Assembly (NCBI GenBank): GCA_029267445.1
Contig: JAJUIU010000007.1
Location: forward strand, 13,150 to 77,149
Source: Rhodospirillaceae bacterium
GTDB taxonomy: Bacteria > Pseudomonadota > Alphaproteobacteria > Azospirillales > Azospirillaceae
DNA: 64,000 nucleotides
Direction of reading: 5' to 3'
A model generated the notes under the pieces. That model ran no database searches and was not told the DNA's origin. It was given only the letters and a program-made list of their open reading frames with translations. Positions 1 to 9,672 of the stretch are shown piece by piece. Position numbers and translations under genes: made by a program. Every line of letters begins with the position of its first letter. Position 1 is the stretch's first letter.

Positions 1-2154
1 GGCCTGCTGCTCCTCCACGGCCGCCGCCACGCCGGTGAACACCTCCCGCATGGCCCGGATGGTGGCCAGCACCTCCCGCACGGCGGCCACGACCTCGTCC
101 ACGGCCGCCTGGATGGCGCGGACCTCGGCCGAGACATCCTCCGTCGCCTTCGCGGTCTGGTTGGCCAGGGCCTTCACCTCGTTCGCCACGACGGCGAAGC
201 CCTTGCCCGCCTCCCCGGCCCGCGCGGCCTCGATGGTGGCGTTCAGCGCGAGCAGGTTCGTCTGCCCTGCGATCGACTGGATCAGCCCGACCACCTGCTC
301 GATCCGGCGGCTGCCGGCGGCCAGCGCCTCGGCCCGGGCCGTCGCCTGCTCCACCTGGGTCGAGGCGTCGCCGGCCATGGCGGTGGTGCGCTGCATCTGC
401 TGCCCGATCTCCCGGATGGAGGCGGCCAGCTCCTCCGACGCGGCGGCGACGGTCTGCACGTTGGCGGAGGCCTGTTCCGCCGCCGCCGCGACGCTGCTGG
501 ACTGGGACCGGGTCTGCCGGGCCGCGGCCGCCATGCCTTGCATCCGGGCCTCGACGCGGCGCAGCGATTCCACCAGCCGGTCGATGGTGCCCTTCACGTT
601 GCCTTCGAAGTCGTTCGCCAGGCGCTCCTGCTGGGTCACGATGTTCCAGACCAGCATGGGGCCGACATAGGCGCCGTCCTTGTCCATGACGGCGGAGATG
701 CGCAGGTCCACAAGCTCGTCCCCGATGCGGACCTTCGCCTGCCAGGGCAGGTTCTTCGGATCGGACAGGATGCGCCGCTGGTGCGACGGGTCCTTGTGGA
801 AGATGTCGATGGACTGGCCCATCATGGCGTCCGCCTTGACCGGCAGGTGGCGTTCCACCTTGCGGACAAGGGCGTCGGTCGCCTTGTTCATGTAGCTGAT
901 GCGGAAGTCGTTCTTCGGATCGGCCAGCATCACGGCGATCGGCATGTCGGCGATCATCTGCGCCTGGGAGAAGGCCTTGCGCACCGTGTCCCGCAACACC
1001 CGCGTGGCCTGCATCATGCGGCCGATCTCGTCGTCGCTCTCGCGCGACCTGATCTCGAACGTCCCGTCGCCCTGGCTGAGGCGGGCGAGATAGTCCGTCA
1101 CCTTGCGGATCGGCTCCACCGTGGCGCGGACGATCAGGAAGGCGATGCCCACGCCGAGGACCAGGGCGGCCAGGAAGCCGCCGCCGACAAGCCCGCGCTT
1201 GGTCCCGACATCCGCCTTGAGGGCCTCCGACGCGCTCTCCGCCTCGGTCAGGACGGCCTTGCCGATGGTCTCCGCCGCCGTTTCGATGGCACCCAGCGTT
1301 TCGGCGAAGCGGGCGTCCACGCCCTTGCGTTCGGCACTGATGCGGATCAGCGCCTGGAACGAGGTCTTGTACTGGTTCAGGAACCCTTCGGCCTGCTCCA
1401 GGAGCGCGATGCGTGTCGCGTTCTGCAGCTCGCCTCGGAGCATCAGCATGGCCTGTTCGGTCGTGCCCATGTGGCGCAGCGCCGTCTCCGCCGCCTTGGA
1501 ATCCCCGGTGTCGATGAAGCGGGCGACGTAGAAGCGCATGAGCATCAGCGCCTCGATCATCTCCGCCGCCGCCAGGGCCGCGCGCGTGTCGCCGTCGCGG
1601 GCGGCCGTTTCGCGGATCTCGCTCAGGCGCCGCCGCGCCTCGGGCCCGTAGGAGTTCACGCCGTTGTTCGCCTGGGCGCGCCGTTCGCCCGTAAGGCGCA
1701 CGATGTCCCCGAACAGCGCCTCCAGATCGGACACCCCGCGCGCGATGGCCTCCGCCCCGGCGCGGTGGGGGGTGCCCGCCAGCCCCTCGATCGCCTCGGC
1801 GGACAGGGCCTTCGCCGCCCGCGCGTTGGCTTGGAAGGCGTCGACCTGGGCGGGATTCTCCGTCACGACGAAATCGAAGGCGTCCAGCGCCATCGCACCC
1901 GTGCGGATGGCGAGCTGCTCGATCGCCAGCGCGTTTCCGGTCCGCCGGTCGGCGGCGTCGACCGAGGCGGACACGCCGCCGAAACCGACCCAGGCGACGG
2001 CCGCGCCGACCGTCATCAGGGCGAGAAGGCTGCCGAAACCAGCCCAGATCTTCGTCCCGAGCGACAGGTTGTGAAGCATGCGGCGGCGATGCGCGGCGGG
2101 TCCGACCGCTCCGGTGGGGATCGCGTTCATTGCGGATGCGGTGCTGATGGACAT
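1..2154 (-). CDS. methyl-accepting chemotaxis protein (C-terminus runs off the window edge)
   Basis: The reverse frame is open from base 1 to the ATG at 2154, so it is absent from the ORF track. It starts [10 protein letters not shown], has a TM segment [23 protein letters not shown], and contains the MCP signalling hairpin [37 protein letters not shown], ending AAVEEQQA at the edge. Confidence 0.85.
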   Translation of the reverse strand, partial: MSISTASAMNAIPTGAVGPAAHRRRMLHNLSLGTKIWAGFGSLLALMTVGAAVAWVGFGGVSASVDAADRRTGNALAIEQLAIRTGAMALDAFDFVVTENPAQVDAFQANARAAKALSAEAIEGLAGTPHRAGAEAIARGVSDLEALFGDIVRLTGERRAQANNGVNSYGPEARRRLSEIRETAARDGDTRAALAAAEMIEALMLMRFYVARFIDTGDSKAAETALRHMGTTEQAMLMLRGELQNATRIALLEQAEGFLNQYKTSFQALIRISAERKGVDARFAETLGAIETAAETIGKAVLTEAESASEALKADVGTKRGLVGGGFLAALVLGVGIAFLIVRATVEPIRKVTDYLARLSQGDGTFEIRSRESDDEIGRMMQATRVLRDTVRKAFSQAQMIADMPIAVMLADPKNDFRISYMNKATDALVRKVERHLPVKADAMMGQSIDIFHKDPSHQRRILSDPKNLPWQAKVRIGDELVDLRISAVMDKDGAYVGPMLVWNIVTQQERLANDFEGNVKGTIDRLVESLRRVEARMQGMAAAARQTRSQSSSVAAAAEQASANVQTVAAASEELAASIREIGQQMQRTTAMAGDASTQVEQATARAEALAAGSRRIEQVVGLIQSIAGQTNLLALNATIEAARAGEAGKGFAVVANEVKALANQTAKATEDVSAEVRAIQAAVDEVVAAVREVLATIRAMREVFTGVAAAVEEQQA

Positions 2155-2466
2155 GGCGCACCTCTCGGGTTGGCCGCAGAAGAGACAGCCGAGGGTCGCG
2201 CAAAAGAGTTAATAATCTCTTAATTGTGGAAGTCCACACCTCGACCATGGACTTGAATGCTTTGTCAGTTCAGCATCTCTTCTTATAGTGTCAATCGAAA
2301 CTGACAATAATTGGCCTGATTTCAAGGCGGGCTTCTTCGTCGGCCAGACACGCGAAAGGGCCGGGCGCGCATCAGGCGTGTCCGGACCCGACCATCATCG
2401 AGGTCTTTCAACTGAGGGAACTGGGGCGGACGGCGGCCGCGTCAACCCATGTCCTGACCCACGTCC

Positions 2467-3189
2467 CTAGCCCGCGTCCCAGCCGTCGAACCGCGCCCAG
2501 TCGGCCAGTGGCGCCCTGGCGCTGCGCAACGTGTTCTCCGGCGCCGCCTTGTCCTCGTGGCCGAGCGCGATCCCGCAGACGACGACCTGCCCCTCATCGA
2601 TCCCCAGTTCCCGCCGCACGACGGTCGGGAAGGCGGCCCAGGCGGCCTGCGGGCAGGTGTGCAGGCCGAACTGGCGCGCCGCCAACATGATGTTCTGCAG
2701 GAAGCAGCCGTAATCGAGCCAGCTTCCGATCTCCAGCCGCCGGTCGATGGTGCAGATCAGGCCGACCGGCGCGTCGAAGAACAGGTAGTTGCGGCCGTGC
2801 TGTCGGTGCATCGCGGCCATGTCGCCCTTGGCGATGCCGAGCAGGCCGTAGAGGCCGATGCCGATGTCCTTGCGGCGGGAGCGGTAGGGCTCGAAGAACT
2901 CGTCCGGATAGTACTTGTACTCCATCTCCGGACCGGGTTCGTTGTGCTCGAAGGCGTGCAGAACGGCGTCGCACAGGCGCTGCTTGACGGCACCCGTCAG
3001 CGCGTGGACGCGCCAGGGCTGCATGTTGGTGCCGCTGGGCGCTCGCGCGGCCGCCTCCAGGATGCGCTCCACCGTGGCCCGCGGCACCGGCCGGGGCAGG
3101 AAGGCGCGCACGGACCGGCGGCTCTCGATCGCCTCCAGCGGTGTGCCCGCACGGTCCCCGTCCGCCGACGGCCCCTCGCCGTCCGCCAT
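2467..3189 (-). CDS. nitroreductase family protein
   Basis: 240 aa. It carries the nitroreductase N-terminal signature RRSVRAFLPRPVPRATVERILEAAARAPSGTNMQPW. Confidence 0.85.
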   Translation of the reverse strand: MADGEGPSADGDRAGTPLEAIESRRSVRAFLPRPVPRATVERILEAAARAPSGTNMQPWRVHALTGAVKQRLCDAVLHAFEHNEPGPEMEYKYYPDEFFEPYRSRRKDIGIGLYGLLGIAKGDMAAMHRQHGRNYLFFDAPVGLICTIDRRLEIGSWLDYGCFLQNIMLAARQFGLHTCPQAAWAAFPTVVRRELGIDEGQVVVCGIALGHEDKAAPENTLRSARAPLADWARFDGWDAG

Positions 3190-3256
3190 GCCCGCCTCCC
3201 TTCACGCTGCCGGCAAAGCTGTAGCACCCGCCGGCCTTCCGGAAAAGCGCGCCCGC

Positions 3257-4210
3257 TCAGGCGTCCGGATAGCGGGTTTGCGGCGCGTCCTCGACGGGCC
3301 AGTCCGCGACGGCGTCGCCGATCTTCCGCACCACGGCGACCGAGGAGAGGAACCCCGCCGGCGCGCCGCCGAAGGCGACGGCCGGGTGCAGCAGGTCGGC
3401 CACGACATGCGCGGGCTGCCCCATGGCGGTCTCGACAACCTCGAATCCGGTGGCGCGGTTGAACAGGGCTGGCCACGCATCGGCCGAAAAGCGCCAGAAA
3501 TCGGCCGGCCGGTCGTGCAGCGGCCAGCACTGGTGCGTGGCGAACAGGGCGAGGCCGCCGGGCTTCAGGACGCGGTTGACCTCCACCGCCACCTTCCACG
3601 GCATCAGCAGATGCTCCATGACCGAGATGGACGCGACGCCGTCGAACTCCGCGCCGAACCGGGCGGACAGCCGGTGGGCGTCGCCGACCACGTCGACATT
3701 GGGCCCGGGCAGGAGGTCGAAGCCGACATAGTCCCACCCGGGCGGTAGGAACCGGTCGCGGTGCACCACACCGGAGCGGGCCCGCGACCCCAGTTCCAGC
3801 AGCCGCCCGGTGGAGGTCAGGGCCGCCAGACGGTCGCGGAACCCGTCGCGCAGCCGGTTCGCGGGATCGGCCCGCAGCGAGGGCCGGACGAAGTCGGAGA
3901 CCCGCTCGACCCCGCCGCTCGTCACGATGGCCAACTGGAACGTGGTGGGATCCTCGCCCGGCATCAGGTCGACGGACGCGGCGAACCGGCAGGCCGCAGC
4001 CTCGGCGCCGTGCGCCGCTTCGACATCCGGGCTGCGCAACCCGTGACCGTCGATCGCATGGCGGGTTCCGGCCGGAGTCAGGAGGGCGAGTTCGCGGATC
4101 GAGCCCCCCGGCAGGAAGGCCCAGCCCTCGATCTGCAAACGGCCCTGGAAGGACACGTAGCGGTCGACATGCCATTTCAGCGGGAGCGCCGGTGCCGTCG
4201 CAGTCGTCAT
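3257..4210 (-). CDS. class I SAM-dependent methyltransferase with an N-terminal domain of unknown function
   Basis: This is the C-terminal 317 codons of ORF 3257..4975, starting at ATG 4210 (MTTATAPALPLKW). Methyltransferase-11-like segments are present: LELGSR...VGFDLLPGPNVDVVGDAH...FDGVASISVMEHL..VNRVLKPGG. The longer N-terminal extension overlaps sodC antisense. Confidence 0.7.
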   Translation of the reverse strand: MTTATAPALPLKWHVDRYVSFQGRLQIEGWAFLPGGSIRELALLTPAGTRHAIDGHGLRSPDVEAAHGAEAAACRFAASVDLMPGEDPTTFQLAIVTSGGVERVSDFVRPSLRADPANRLRDGFRDRLAALTSTGRLLELGSRARSGVVHRDRFLPPGWDYVGFDLLPGPNVDVVGDAHRLSARFGAEFDGVASISVMEHLLMPWKVAVEVNRVLKPGGLALFATHQCWPLHDRPADFWRFSADAWPALFNRATGFEVVETAMGQPAHVVADLLHPAVAFGGAPAGFLSSVAVVRKIGDAVADWPVEDAPQTRYPDA

Positions 4211-4393
4211 CGCAGCCGTTCCAATCAGGTCCGCAACCCATTGGGAACATGCCCATGGACCGGTGCAAGGGACAACCGCCCGCCGCGATCCGGCCCCATC
4301 GATGCGGCCCCGTCGATCCGGCCCCGTCCAGGAACCCATCGCGGGACCGCCGGTTGCCATGGCGTCCCCACACCACCCCCGAAGGAGACGACC

Positions 4394-5080
4394 ATGCGCC
4401 GCCTTCCGGCCGCCCTGCTGCCCACCGCCCTGCTTTCCATCGCCCTCGCCGCCCCGGCGGCCATCGCCCAGGACCGCGCCGGGAACCCGGCCACCCAGGG
4501 CGATCCGCCGTCCACCAGCAGCCGCGTCCCCGCCGTCCAGGGCGACGTCGGCAGCCCGCCCGACCGTCAGATGATCCAGGCCAACCGGGCCGGCAAGGAC
4601 GTGCCGATCACCGGATCGGCCGTCCTGCGCGACTCCAAGGGCAACGAGCTCGGCACCGTCGCCTTCATGGAGATGCCGCAGGGCACGATGATCCAGGCGC
4701 GGCTGGAGAACGTGCCGACCGGCTGGCATGGCTTCCACATCCACGAGTCCGGCGCCTGCGAGCCGCCGGACTTCAAGTCGGCCGGCGGGCACTGGAACCC
4801 GACCAACGCAAGCCACGGCTTCATGTCCCAGCAGGGCGGCCACACGGGCGACCTGCCCAACGTCTTCGCCGGGTCCGACGGCAAGGTGATGGTGGACATC
4901 CACTCCGAGGACATCCGCCTGCGGCCGGGCGCCAACAGCCTGATGCCCAGCGGCAGCAAGTCCGTGGTCATGCATGCGGGCCCGGACGACTACGCCACCG
5001 ATCCGGCCGGCGACAGCGGGAACCGGATCGCCTGCGGCCCGATCGAGGTCAACGTCACCGGCACCACCACGGGACGCTGA
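4394..5080 (+). CDS. sodC: periplasmic Cu/Zn superoxide dismutase
   Basis: Start at ATG 4394, preceded by GAAGGAGA. It has a signal peptide (MRRLPAALLPTALLSIALAAPAAIAQ) and the metal-ligand motifs GFHIHESGAC, GGHWNP, HTGDLPN and HAGPDDY...GNRIACG. Confidence 0.9.
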   Translation: MRRLPAALLPTALLSIALAAPAAIAQDRAGNPATQGDPPSTSSRVPAVQGDVGSPPDRQMIQANRAGKDVPITGSAVLRDSKGNELGTVAFMEMPQGTMIQARLENVPTGWHGFHIHESGACEPPDFKSAGGHWNPTNASHGFMSQQGGHTGDLPNVFAGSDGKVMVDIHSEDIRLRPGANSLMPSGSKSVVMHAGPDDYATDPAGDSGNRIACGPIEVNVTGTTTGR

Positions 5081-5097
5081 GGGCCGCCGGAAGCGGC

Positions 5098-5128
5098 GCC
5101 GCCCCGGGTGCCGGAAGCCCGGGGCGGC
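5098..5128 (+). terminator. GC-rich hairpin downstream of sodC
   Basis: A perfect 11-bp stem gccgccccggg / cccggggcggc with a 9-nt loop lies 18 nt after the sodC stop. There is no clear T-tract. Confidence 0.45.
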
Positions 5129-5153
5129 ACCCCGCGCCGGTACGCCGCACCCT

Positions 5154-5172
5154 GATAGTGAGAACCATTATC
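5154..5172 (+). promoter_or_regulatory. candidate Fur box upstream of the Fe(3+) binding-protein gene
   Basis: GATAGTGAGAACCATTATC matches the classical 19-bp Fur consensus GATAATGATAATCATTATC at 16 of 19 positions. It lies 106 nt upstream of ATG 5278. Confidence 0.55.
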
Positions 5173-5277
5173 GATTGCGCTTGACTCCGCCCGCGCCTGT
5201 TTGCATCGTCCCGCCGAACGAATGCAAGTCATTCGCAATACCATTCGCGGCACTGAACATCGAGCGGGGGAATCATC

Positions 5278-6342
5278 ATGCGTATGCTGACGCGTCGCGC
5301 GTTCGGGATCCTGGCGGGCACGGCGATGCTCGCCGTGACCGTGGGCCTTTCCGGCCCGGCCCTGGCCCAGGGCAAGGGCGAGGTGAACGTCTATTCCTCG
5401 CGCCACTACGACACGGACAAGACGCTGTTCAAGGCCTTCGAGGAGAAGACCGGGATCAAGGTCAACCTGATCGAGGGCAAGGACGACGAGCTGATCGAGC
5501 GCATCCGTGCTGAAGGCCGCAACAGCCCGGCCGACGTGCTGCTGACCGTCGACGCAGGCCGCCTGTGGCGCGCCCAGGACGCCGGCATCCTGCAGCCGGC
5601 CAAGAGCGACACGCTGCAGCAGTCGATCCCGGCCAATCTGCGCGAGCCGGGCGGCCACTGGTTCGGCCTCAGCCAGCGCGCCCGCGTCATCATCTACAAC
5701 AAGGACAAGGTGAAGCCGGCCGAGCTCAGCACCTATGAGAACCTGGCCGATCCCAAGTGGAAGGGCCGCCTGCTGACCCGCAGCTCCACGAACGTCTACA
5801 GCCAGTCCCTGACGGGGTCCGTCCTGGCGGCGCAGGGCCCGGAGAGGACCGAGGCCTGGGCCAAGGGCATCGCCGCCAATCTGGCGCGCCCGCCGCAGGG
5901 TGGCGACACCGACCAAATCCGCGCCGTCGCCGCCGGCGAAGGCGACCTCGCCATCTCCAACACCTACTATCTCGGCCGCCTGATGAACTCCGCCAAGCCG
6001 GAGGACAAGGCCGTGGCGGAGAAGGTCGGCGTCTTCTTCCCCAACCAGAAGGGCGAGGGCGCCGAGGGCCGCGGGACCCACGTCAACATCTCCGGGGCCG
6101 GTGTCGCCGCCAACGCGCCGAACAAGGCGAACGCGGTGGCCTTCATCGAGTTCCTGGCCAGCCCCGAGGCGCAGAAGATCTTCGCCGACGGCAATTTCGA
6201 GTATCCCGTGGTGGCCGACGTGCAGCCGCACCCGACCGTCGCCAGCTGGGGCAACTTCAAGGCGGACACCCTGAACGCCGCCACCTTCGGCCGCAACAAC
6301 GCCGAGGCGCTGAAGATCATGGACCGCGCCGGCTGGAAGTGA
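5278..6342 (+). CDS. fbpA: Fe(3+) ABC transporter substrate-binding protein (FbpA/IdiA/FutA type)
   Basis: 354 aa with a signal peptide ending ALAQG. The layout VNVYSSRHYDTDKTLFKAFEEKTGIKVNLIEGKDDELIERIRAEG..SPADVLLTVDAG parallels ferric binding proteins. Confidence 0.8.
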   Translation: MRMLTRRAFGILAGTAMLAVTVGLSGPALAQGKGEVNVYSSRHYDTDKTLFKAFEEKTGIKVNLIEGKDDELIERIRAEGRNSPADVLLTVDAGRLWRAQDAGILQPAKSDTLQQSIPANLREPGGHWFGLSQRARVIIYNKDKVKPAELSTYENLADPKWKGRLLTRSSTNVYSQSLTGSVLAAQGPERTEAWAKGIAANLARPPQGGDTDQIRAVAAGEGDLAISNTYYLGRLMNSAKPEDKAVAEKVGVFFPNQKGEGAEGRGTHVNISGAGVAANAPNKANAVAFIEFLASPEAQKIFADGNFEYPVVADVQPHPTVASWGNFKADTLNAATFGRNNAEALKIMDRAGWK

Positions 6343-6364
6343 TTCTACACCCCAACGGTTGAGA

Positions 6365-6396
6365 AACGGCGCGTTTCCGCAAGGGAACGCGCCGTT
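6365..6396 (+). terminator. hairpin terminator after fbpA
   Basis: A perfect 11-bp stem aacggcgcgtt / aacgcgccgtt with a 10-nt loop lies 23 nt after the stop and is followed by gttcatta. Confidence 0.55.
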
Positions 6397-6461
6397 GTTC
6401 ATTATCGTCTAATGTTAACAAAAACGGTGTGCGCTCTCCCCGGATGGGTTAGAACCGGAGC

Positions 6462-7613
6462 ATGGTCGGCAGGATCAACATGGATGACAGGCCGGGCGAC
6501 CCGCGCGAGGCGACGCAGGCCCTGGCCCAGCATCAGCTCTGGCTGAAGGGCCGCGCCGGCAAACGGCTGGAGCTGCGGCTCGTCAACATGTCGGGCCTGA
6601 AGCTCAGCGGCTTCGATTTCTCCAAGGGCACGCTGCTCGCCTGCAACCTGTCCCAGTCCAACCTGAAGGGCTGCCGCTTCGTCGAGGCGGACCTGACCAA
6701 CAGCCTCTTCATCGGCTCCGACCTCCGGCATTGCGACTTCACCCGCGCCAACCTGCGCGGCACCCGCTTCTACAAGTCGGACATGCAGGAGGCCGTGCTG
6801 GACGGCAGCGACCTGCGCGTCGGCACCATGACCGTCCACCGCAAGTCCAAGGACGGCGACGCGGAGATCATCAGCCGCGAGTACATGACCGATCTCTCCT
6901 ACTGCAACATGGAGGGGGCCTCGCTCCAGGGTGCGGTGCTGCGCAAGGCGCAGCTGCGCGGCGTCAACTTCCAGAACGCCGACCTGAGCAAGGCCGATTT
7001 CAGCGGTGCGGACATGCAGGGCGTCATCCTGCTGGGGGCGGCGCTGGACGGGGCCAATTTCTTCAACACCGACATCCAGGACGCCATCTTCACCCTGGAC
7101 GACACCACCCGGCGCCTGTTCAAGGGCAACCCCTTCTTCGAAGAGTTCATCGGCGGCCTGAAGGAGGTCGACCGGATGCTGGTGCAGCACGAGAAGTGGG
7201 TGGAGGCCGGCGGCAAGACGGGTCTCAGGGCCGATTTCACCAACCGGTCCCTGCGCGGGGTGGACCTGCGCGGCCGTGAACTGTCGGCCGTGTCGTTCAA
7301 GGGGGCGGACCTGACCGCCGCGAAGCTCAGCCACGCCAAGCTGGCGGCGGCCGAGTTCACCGGGGCCACCCTGCACTACACCGACCTGGAGGGGGCCGAC
7401 CTGCGCGGCGCCAGCTTCGTCGAGGCGCAGATGCTGCACACCAGCTTCGAGTCGGCGGACCTGACCGACCTCAGGCTGCGGGACGGGGGCCTGCTGCCGA
7501 CCCGGTTCGACGGCGCCCGGCTGGAATGGACGAACTTCACCCGCGCCCAGATGGACCCGGCCCGCCTCGACGGGGTGGAGCATACTGACACCACCCTGCC
7601 GACACCGAACTGA
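6462..7613 (+). CDS. pentapeptide-repeat protein
   Basis: 383 aa built almost entirely of A(D/N)LxX-type quintets, for example ADLTNSLFIGSDLRHCDFTRANLRGTRF and ADLSKADFSGADMQG. Confidence 0.8.
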   Translation: MVGRINMDDRPGDPREATQALAQHQLWLKGRAGKRLELRLVNMSGLKLSGFDFSKGTLLACNLSQSNLKGCRFVEADLTNSLFIGSDLRHCDFTRANLRGTRFYKSDMQEAVLDGSDLRVGTMTVHRKSKDGDAEIISREYMTDLSYCNMEGASLQGAVLRKAQLRGVNFQNADLSKADFSGADMQGVILLGAALDGANFFNTDIQDAIFTLDDTTRRLFKGNPFFEEFIGGLKEVDRMLVQHEKWVEAGGKTGLRADFTNRSLRGVDLRGRELSAVSFKGADLTAAKLSHAKLAAAEFTGATLHYTDLEGADLRGASFVEAQMLHTSFESADLTDLRLRDGGLLPTRFDGARLEWTNFTRAQMDPARLDGVEHTDTTLPTPN

Positions 7614-7688
7614 GCGGCCTTCACCCGCCCTTAACCATTCCCAGTCACTGTGCGGCGATCATTCCCCGCCTGGTGAGAGGAGCGGACC

Positions 7689-7871
7689 ATGGCCGCCGCG
7701 TTCTGGCTGTGCGTCGTCGGATATCTGATGATCGCGATCGCGGAGCTGATCCCCGTCAGCTTCCGCAGCAACCGCGACGACACCCTTTCCCACTTCCATG
7801 TCTGCGGCGTGGCCCTGCTCTACGGCCTCGCCTGGCCGGGCCGCTACCTGCGCGAGGCCCGCGAGGGCTGA
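7689..7871 (+). CDS. small hypothetical membrane protein (60 aa)
   Basis: ATG preceded by GAGAGGAGcggacc. Two hydrophobic segments are present (AAAFWLCVVGYLMIAIAELI, VCGVALLYGLAW). I recognise no homology. Confidence 0.4.
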   Translation: MAAAFWLCVVGYLMIAIAELIPVSFRSNRDDTLSHFHVCGVALLYGLAWPGRYLREAREG

Positions 7872-7959
7872 CAGCCGGCCTACAGCCGCGCCAGCCCGGC
7901 AGCCCTGCCCTCTTCCAGGGGAAGGAGGCTGCCCCCGACTTCATCCGGGGGACGGACCC

Positions 7960-8145
7960 GTGTCCTCCCTCCCTCTCCCAGGGGGAGAGGGAGGGACCCG
8001 AGCCGTCAGGCTCGGGAGGGTGAGGGGGTACGGCCCCTCCTGATGGCCCTGAACTGGCGGCCGGAGACGGGCCGGATTCACCGTAACCCCTCTCCCTCCC
8101 ACTGCGTTGGCCCCTCCCTCCCCCTCAGGGGGAGGGAAGGTTTTG
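7960..8145. repeat. cluster of GC-rich palindromic intergenic repeats (family A-like)
   Basis: There is a perfect 14-bp stem tccctccctctccc/gggagagggaggga (7966-7996), an 8-bp stem cccgagcc/ggctcggg (7997-8016), and the palindrome ccctccccctcagggggaggg around 8111-8140. The gggtgaggg / cccctctcc motifs are shared with other loci. Confidence 0.7.
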
Positions 8146-8177
8146 GGACGGACTGCATCCTCGCGACAAGCGGCGGC

Positions 8178-9119
8178 CTAAAGCCGCGCCAGCCGTTCCG
8201 TCAGCAGGTCGAAGAAGCCGTCGGAATCGGCCCACTGCATGTATAGGGTGTTGATCGGCCGCTTGGTCACGTTCCAGCGGTCGACCACCGTCTGTCCGGT
8301 GCAGAGCGGGCTGTCCACCTCGATCTCCACGTTGCACCGCCGACCCCGGAACAGCGCCGGGTTCAGCAGCCACGCGATGGTGCAGGGGTCGTGCAGCGGG
8401 CCGCCATCGGTGCCGTACTTCTTCTGGTCATACTGGCGGTAGTAGTCGAGCATCTGGTACGAGGCCTCGGCCACGGGCGTGCCGATGGCGCGGATGCGGT
8501 CCATCCGCCGCTCGGTCGTCAGGACCTGATGCGTGACGTCGAGCGGGAACATCACGAGCTCCGCACCGGACCGGAACACGATCTCCGCCGCGTGGGGATC
8601 GACGAAGATGTTGAACTCCGCCGTGGGCGTCGAGTTGCCCCCCTCGGAGGAGGCGCCGCCCATCAGCACGATCCGCTTCACCCGGGCGGCCGCTCCGGGG
8701 TCCCGCATGAAGGCCTTGGCGATGTTGGTCAGCGGCCCGACCGGGACCAGGGTCACGGTGCCCGGCGGATGCTCCGCCAGCATGCGCAGGATGAAATCGA
8801 CCGCGTGCTCCTCCTGCAGCGGCATGGTCGGTTCCGGCAGGACCGGGCCGTTCAGGCCGGTGGAGCCGTGAACCTCCGGGGCCGTGTGCAGCTCCCGCAC
8901 AAGGGGCCGGTCCGCGCCCGCGTAGACCTTCACGTCGTGCCGGCCCGCCAGTTCGCAAATCTTCCGGCTGTTGACCTGCGTATAGGCAAGCGGCGCATTG
9001 CCGGCCACGGCGGTGATCCCCAGGACCTCCAGCTCGTCCGGGCTCGCCAGGGCGAGCAGGATGGCAAGGGCGTCGTCCTGGCCGGGGTCGGTGTCGATGA
9101 TGATCTTCTCGCGGGGCAT
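8178..9119 (-). CDS. nucleoside hydrolase (inosine/uridine-preferring family)
   Basis: 313 aa. The N-terminal IIIDTDPGQDDALAILLAL aspartate cluster is typical of IUNH-family hydrolases. Confidence 0.85.
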   Translation of the reverse strand: MPREKIIIDTDPGQDDALAILLALASPDELEVLGITAVAGNAPLAYTQVNSRKICELAGRHDVKVYAGADRPLVRELHTAPEVHGSTGLNGPVLPEPTMPLQEEHAVDFILRMLAEHPPGTVTLVPVGPLTNIAKAFMRDPGAAARVKRIVLMGGASSEGGNSTPTAEFNIFVDPHAAEIVFRSGAELVMFPLDVTHQVLTTERRMDRIRAIGTPVAEASYQMLDYYRQYDQKKYGTDGGPLHDPCTIAWLLNPALFRGRRCNVEIEVDSPLCTGQTVVDRWNVTKRPINTLYMQWADSDGFFDLLTERLARL

Positions 9120-9199
9120 GCCGGGCTCTGGGTCTCGTCGTGGTTACGGTTGAGTAACCGGAAAGACCTTGAGAGAAAAGGCCCGGCCCGACTATATCA

Positions 9200-9640
9200 G
9201 TGGATTGTGGGAAGAAGGACCGCCCGCCCGTGCAGCGCACGATCAGCCACATCGCCAACGGCGTCCTGATCTACGCCATCTTCTACGGCATCGCCTGGGT
9301 GCTTGCCGTGAAGGGCGGGCTCGTGGCGCAGGTCGCGTTCGGCTCCACCGACGGCGTGCCGGATTCGGTCAACACCGTGCTCGTGCCGTTCCTGGCCAGC
9401 GGGCTGGCGGCGCTGATCGCGCAGGCCGGACTGCGCCTGACTCTGAAGCGCCTGCGCCTGCGTCTGTCCACCTCGGAGCAGTCGGCGACATACGTCTTCA
9501 TGGGCGTGCTGACGGTGCTGTCCTTCACCGGCGGCCTGACGCGGGTGTTCGAAACGCCGGACTCCACCCTGATGACCCAGGTGGCGATCGTGCTCGGCGC
9601 CTGGCTGGGGGTGGCGATCCGCCGCCGCATTCCCATCTGA
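9200..9640 (+). CDS. hypothetical integral membrane protein
   Basis: 146 aa with about 4 hydrophobic helices (VLIYAIFYGIAWVLAV, LVPFLASGLAALIAQAG, YVFMGVLTVLSF, VAIVLGAWLGVAI). The start codon is uncertain. Confidence 0.5.
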   Translation: MDCGKKDRPPVQRTISHIANGVLIYAIFYGIAWVLAVKGGLVAQVAFGSTDGVPDSVNTVLVPFLASGLAALIAQAGLRLTLKRLRLRLSTSEQSATYVFMGVLTVLSFTGGLTRVFETPDSTLMTQVAIVLGAWLGVAIRRRIPI

Positions 9641-9672
9641 CGTCCGACACTTTCGAAGGTATTGTCGGCGGC

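Noticed and set aside
538-2223. A 561-aa plus-strand ORF (and its neighbours at 35..670 and 1664..2074)
   Set aside because: It is antisense to a clearly recognisable MCP gene. The Arg/Gly/Ala/His-rich low-complexity translation is typical of off-frame ORFs in ~70% GC DNA.
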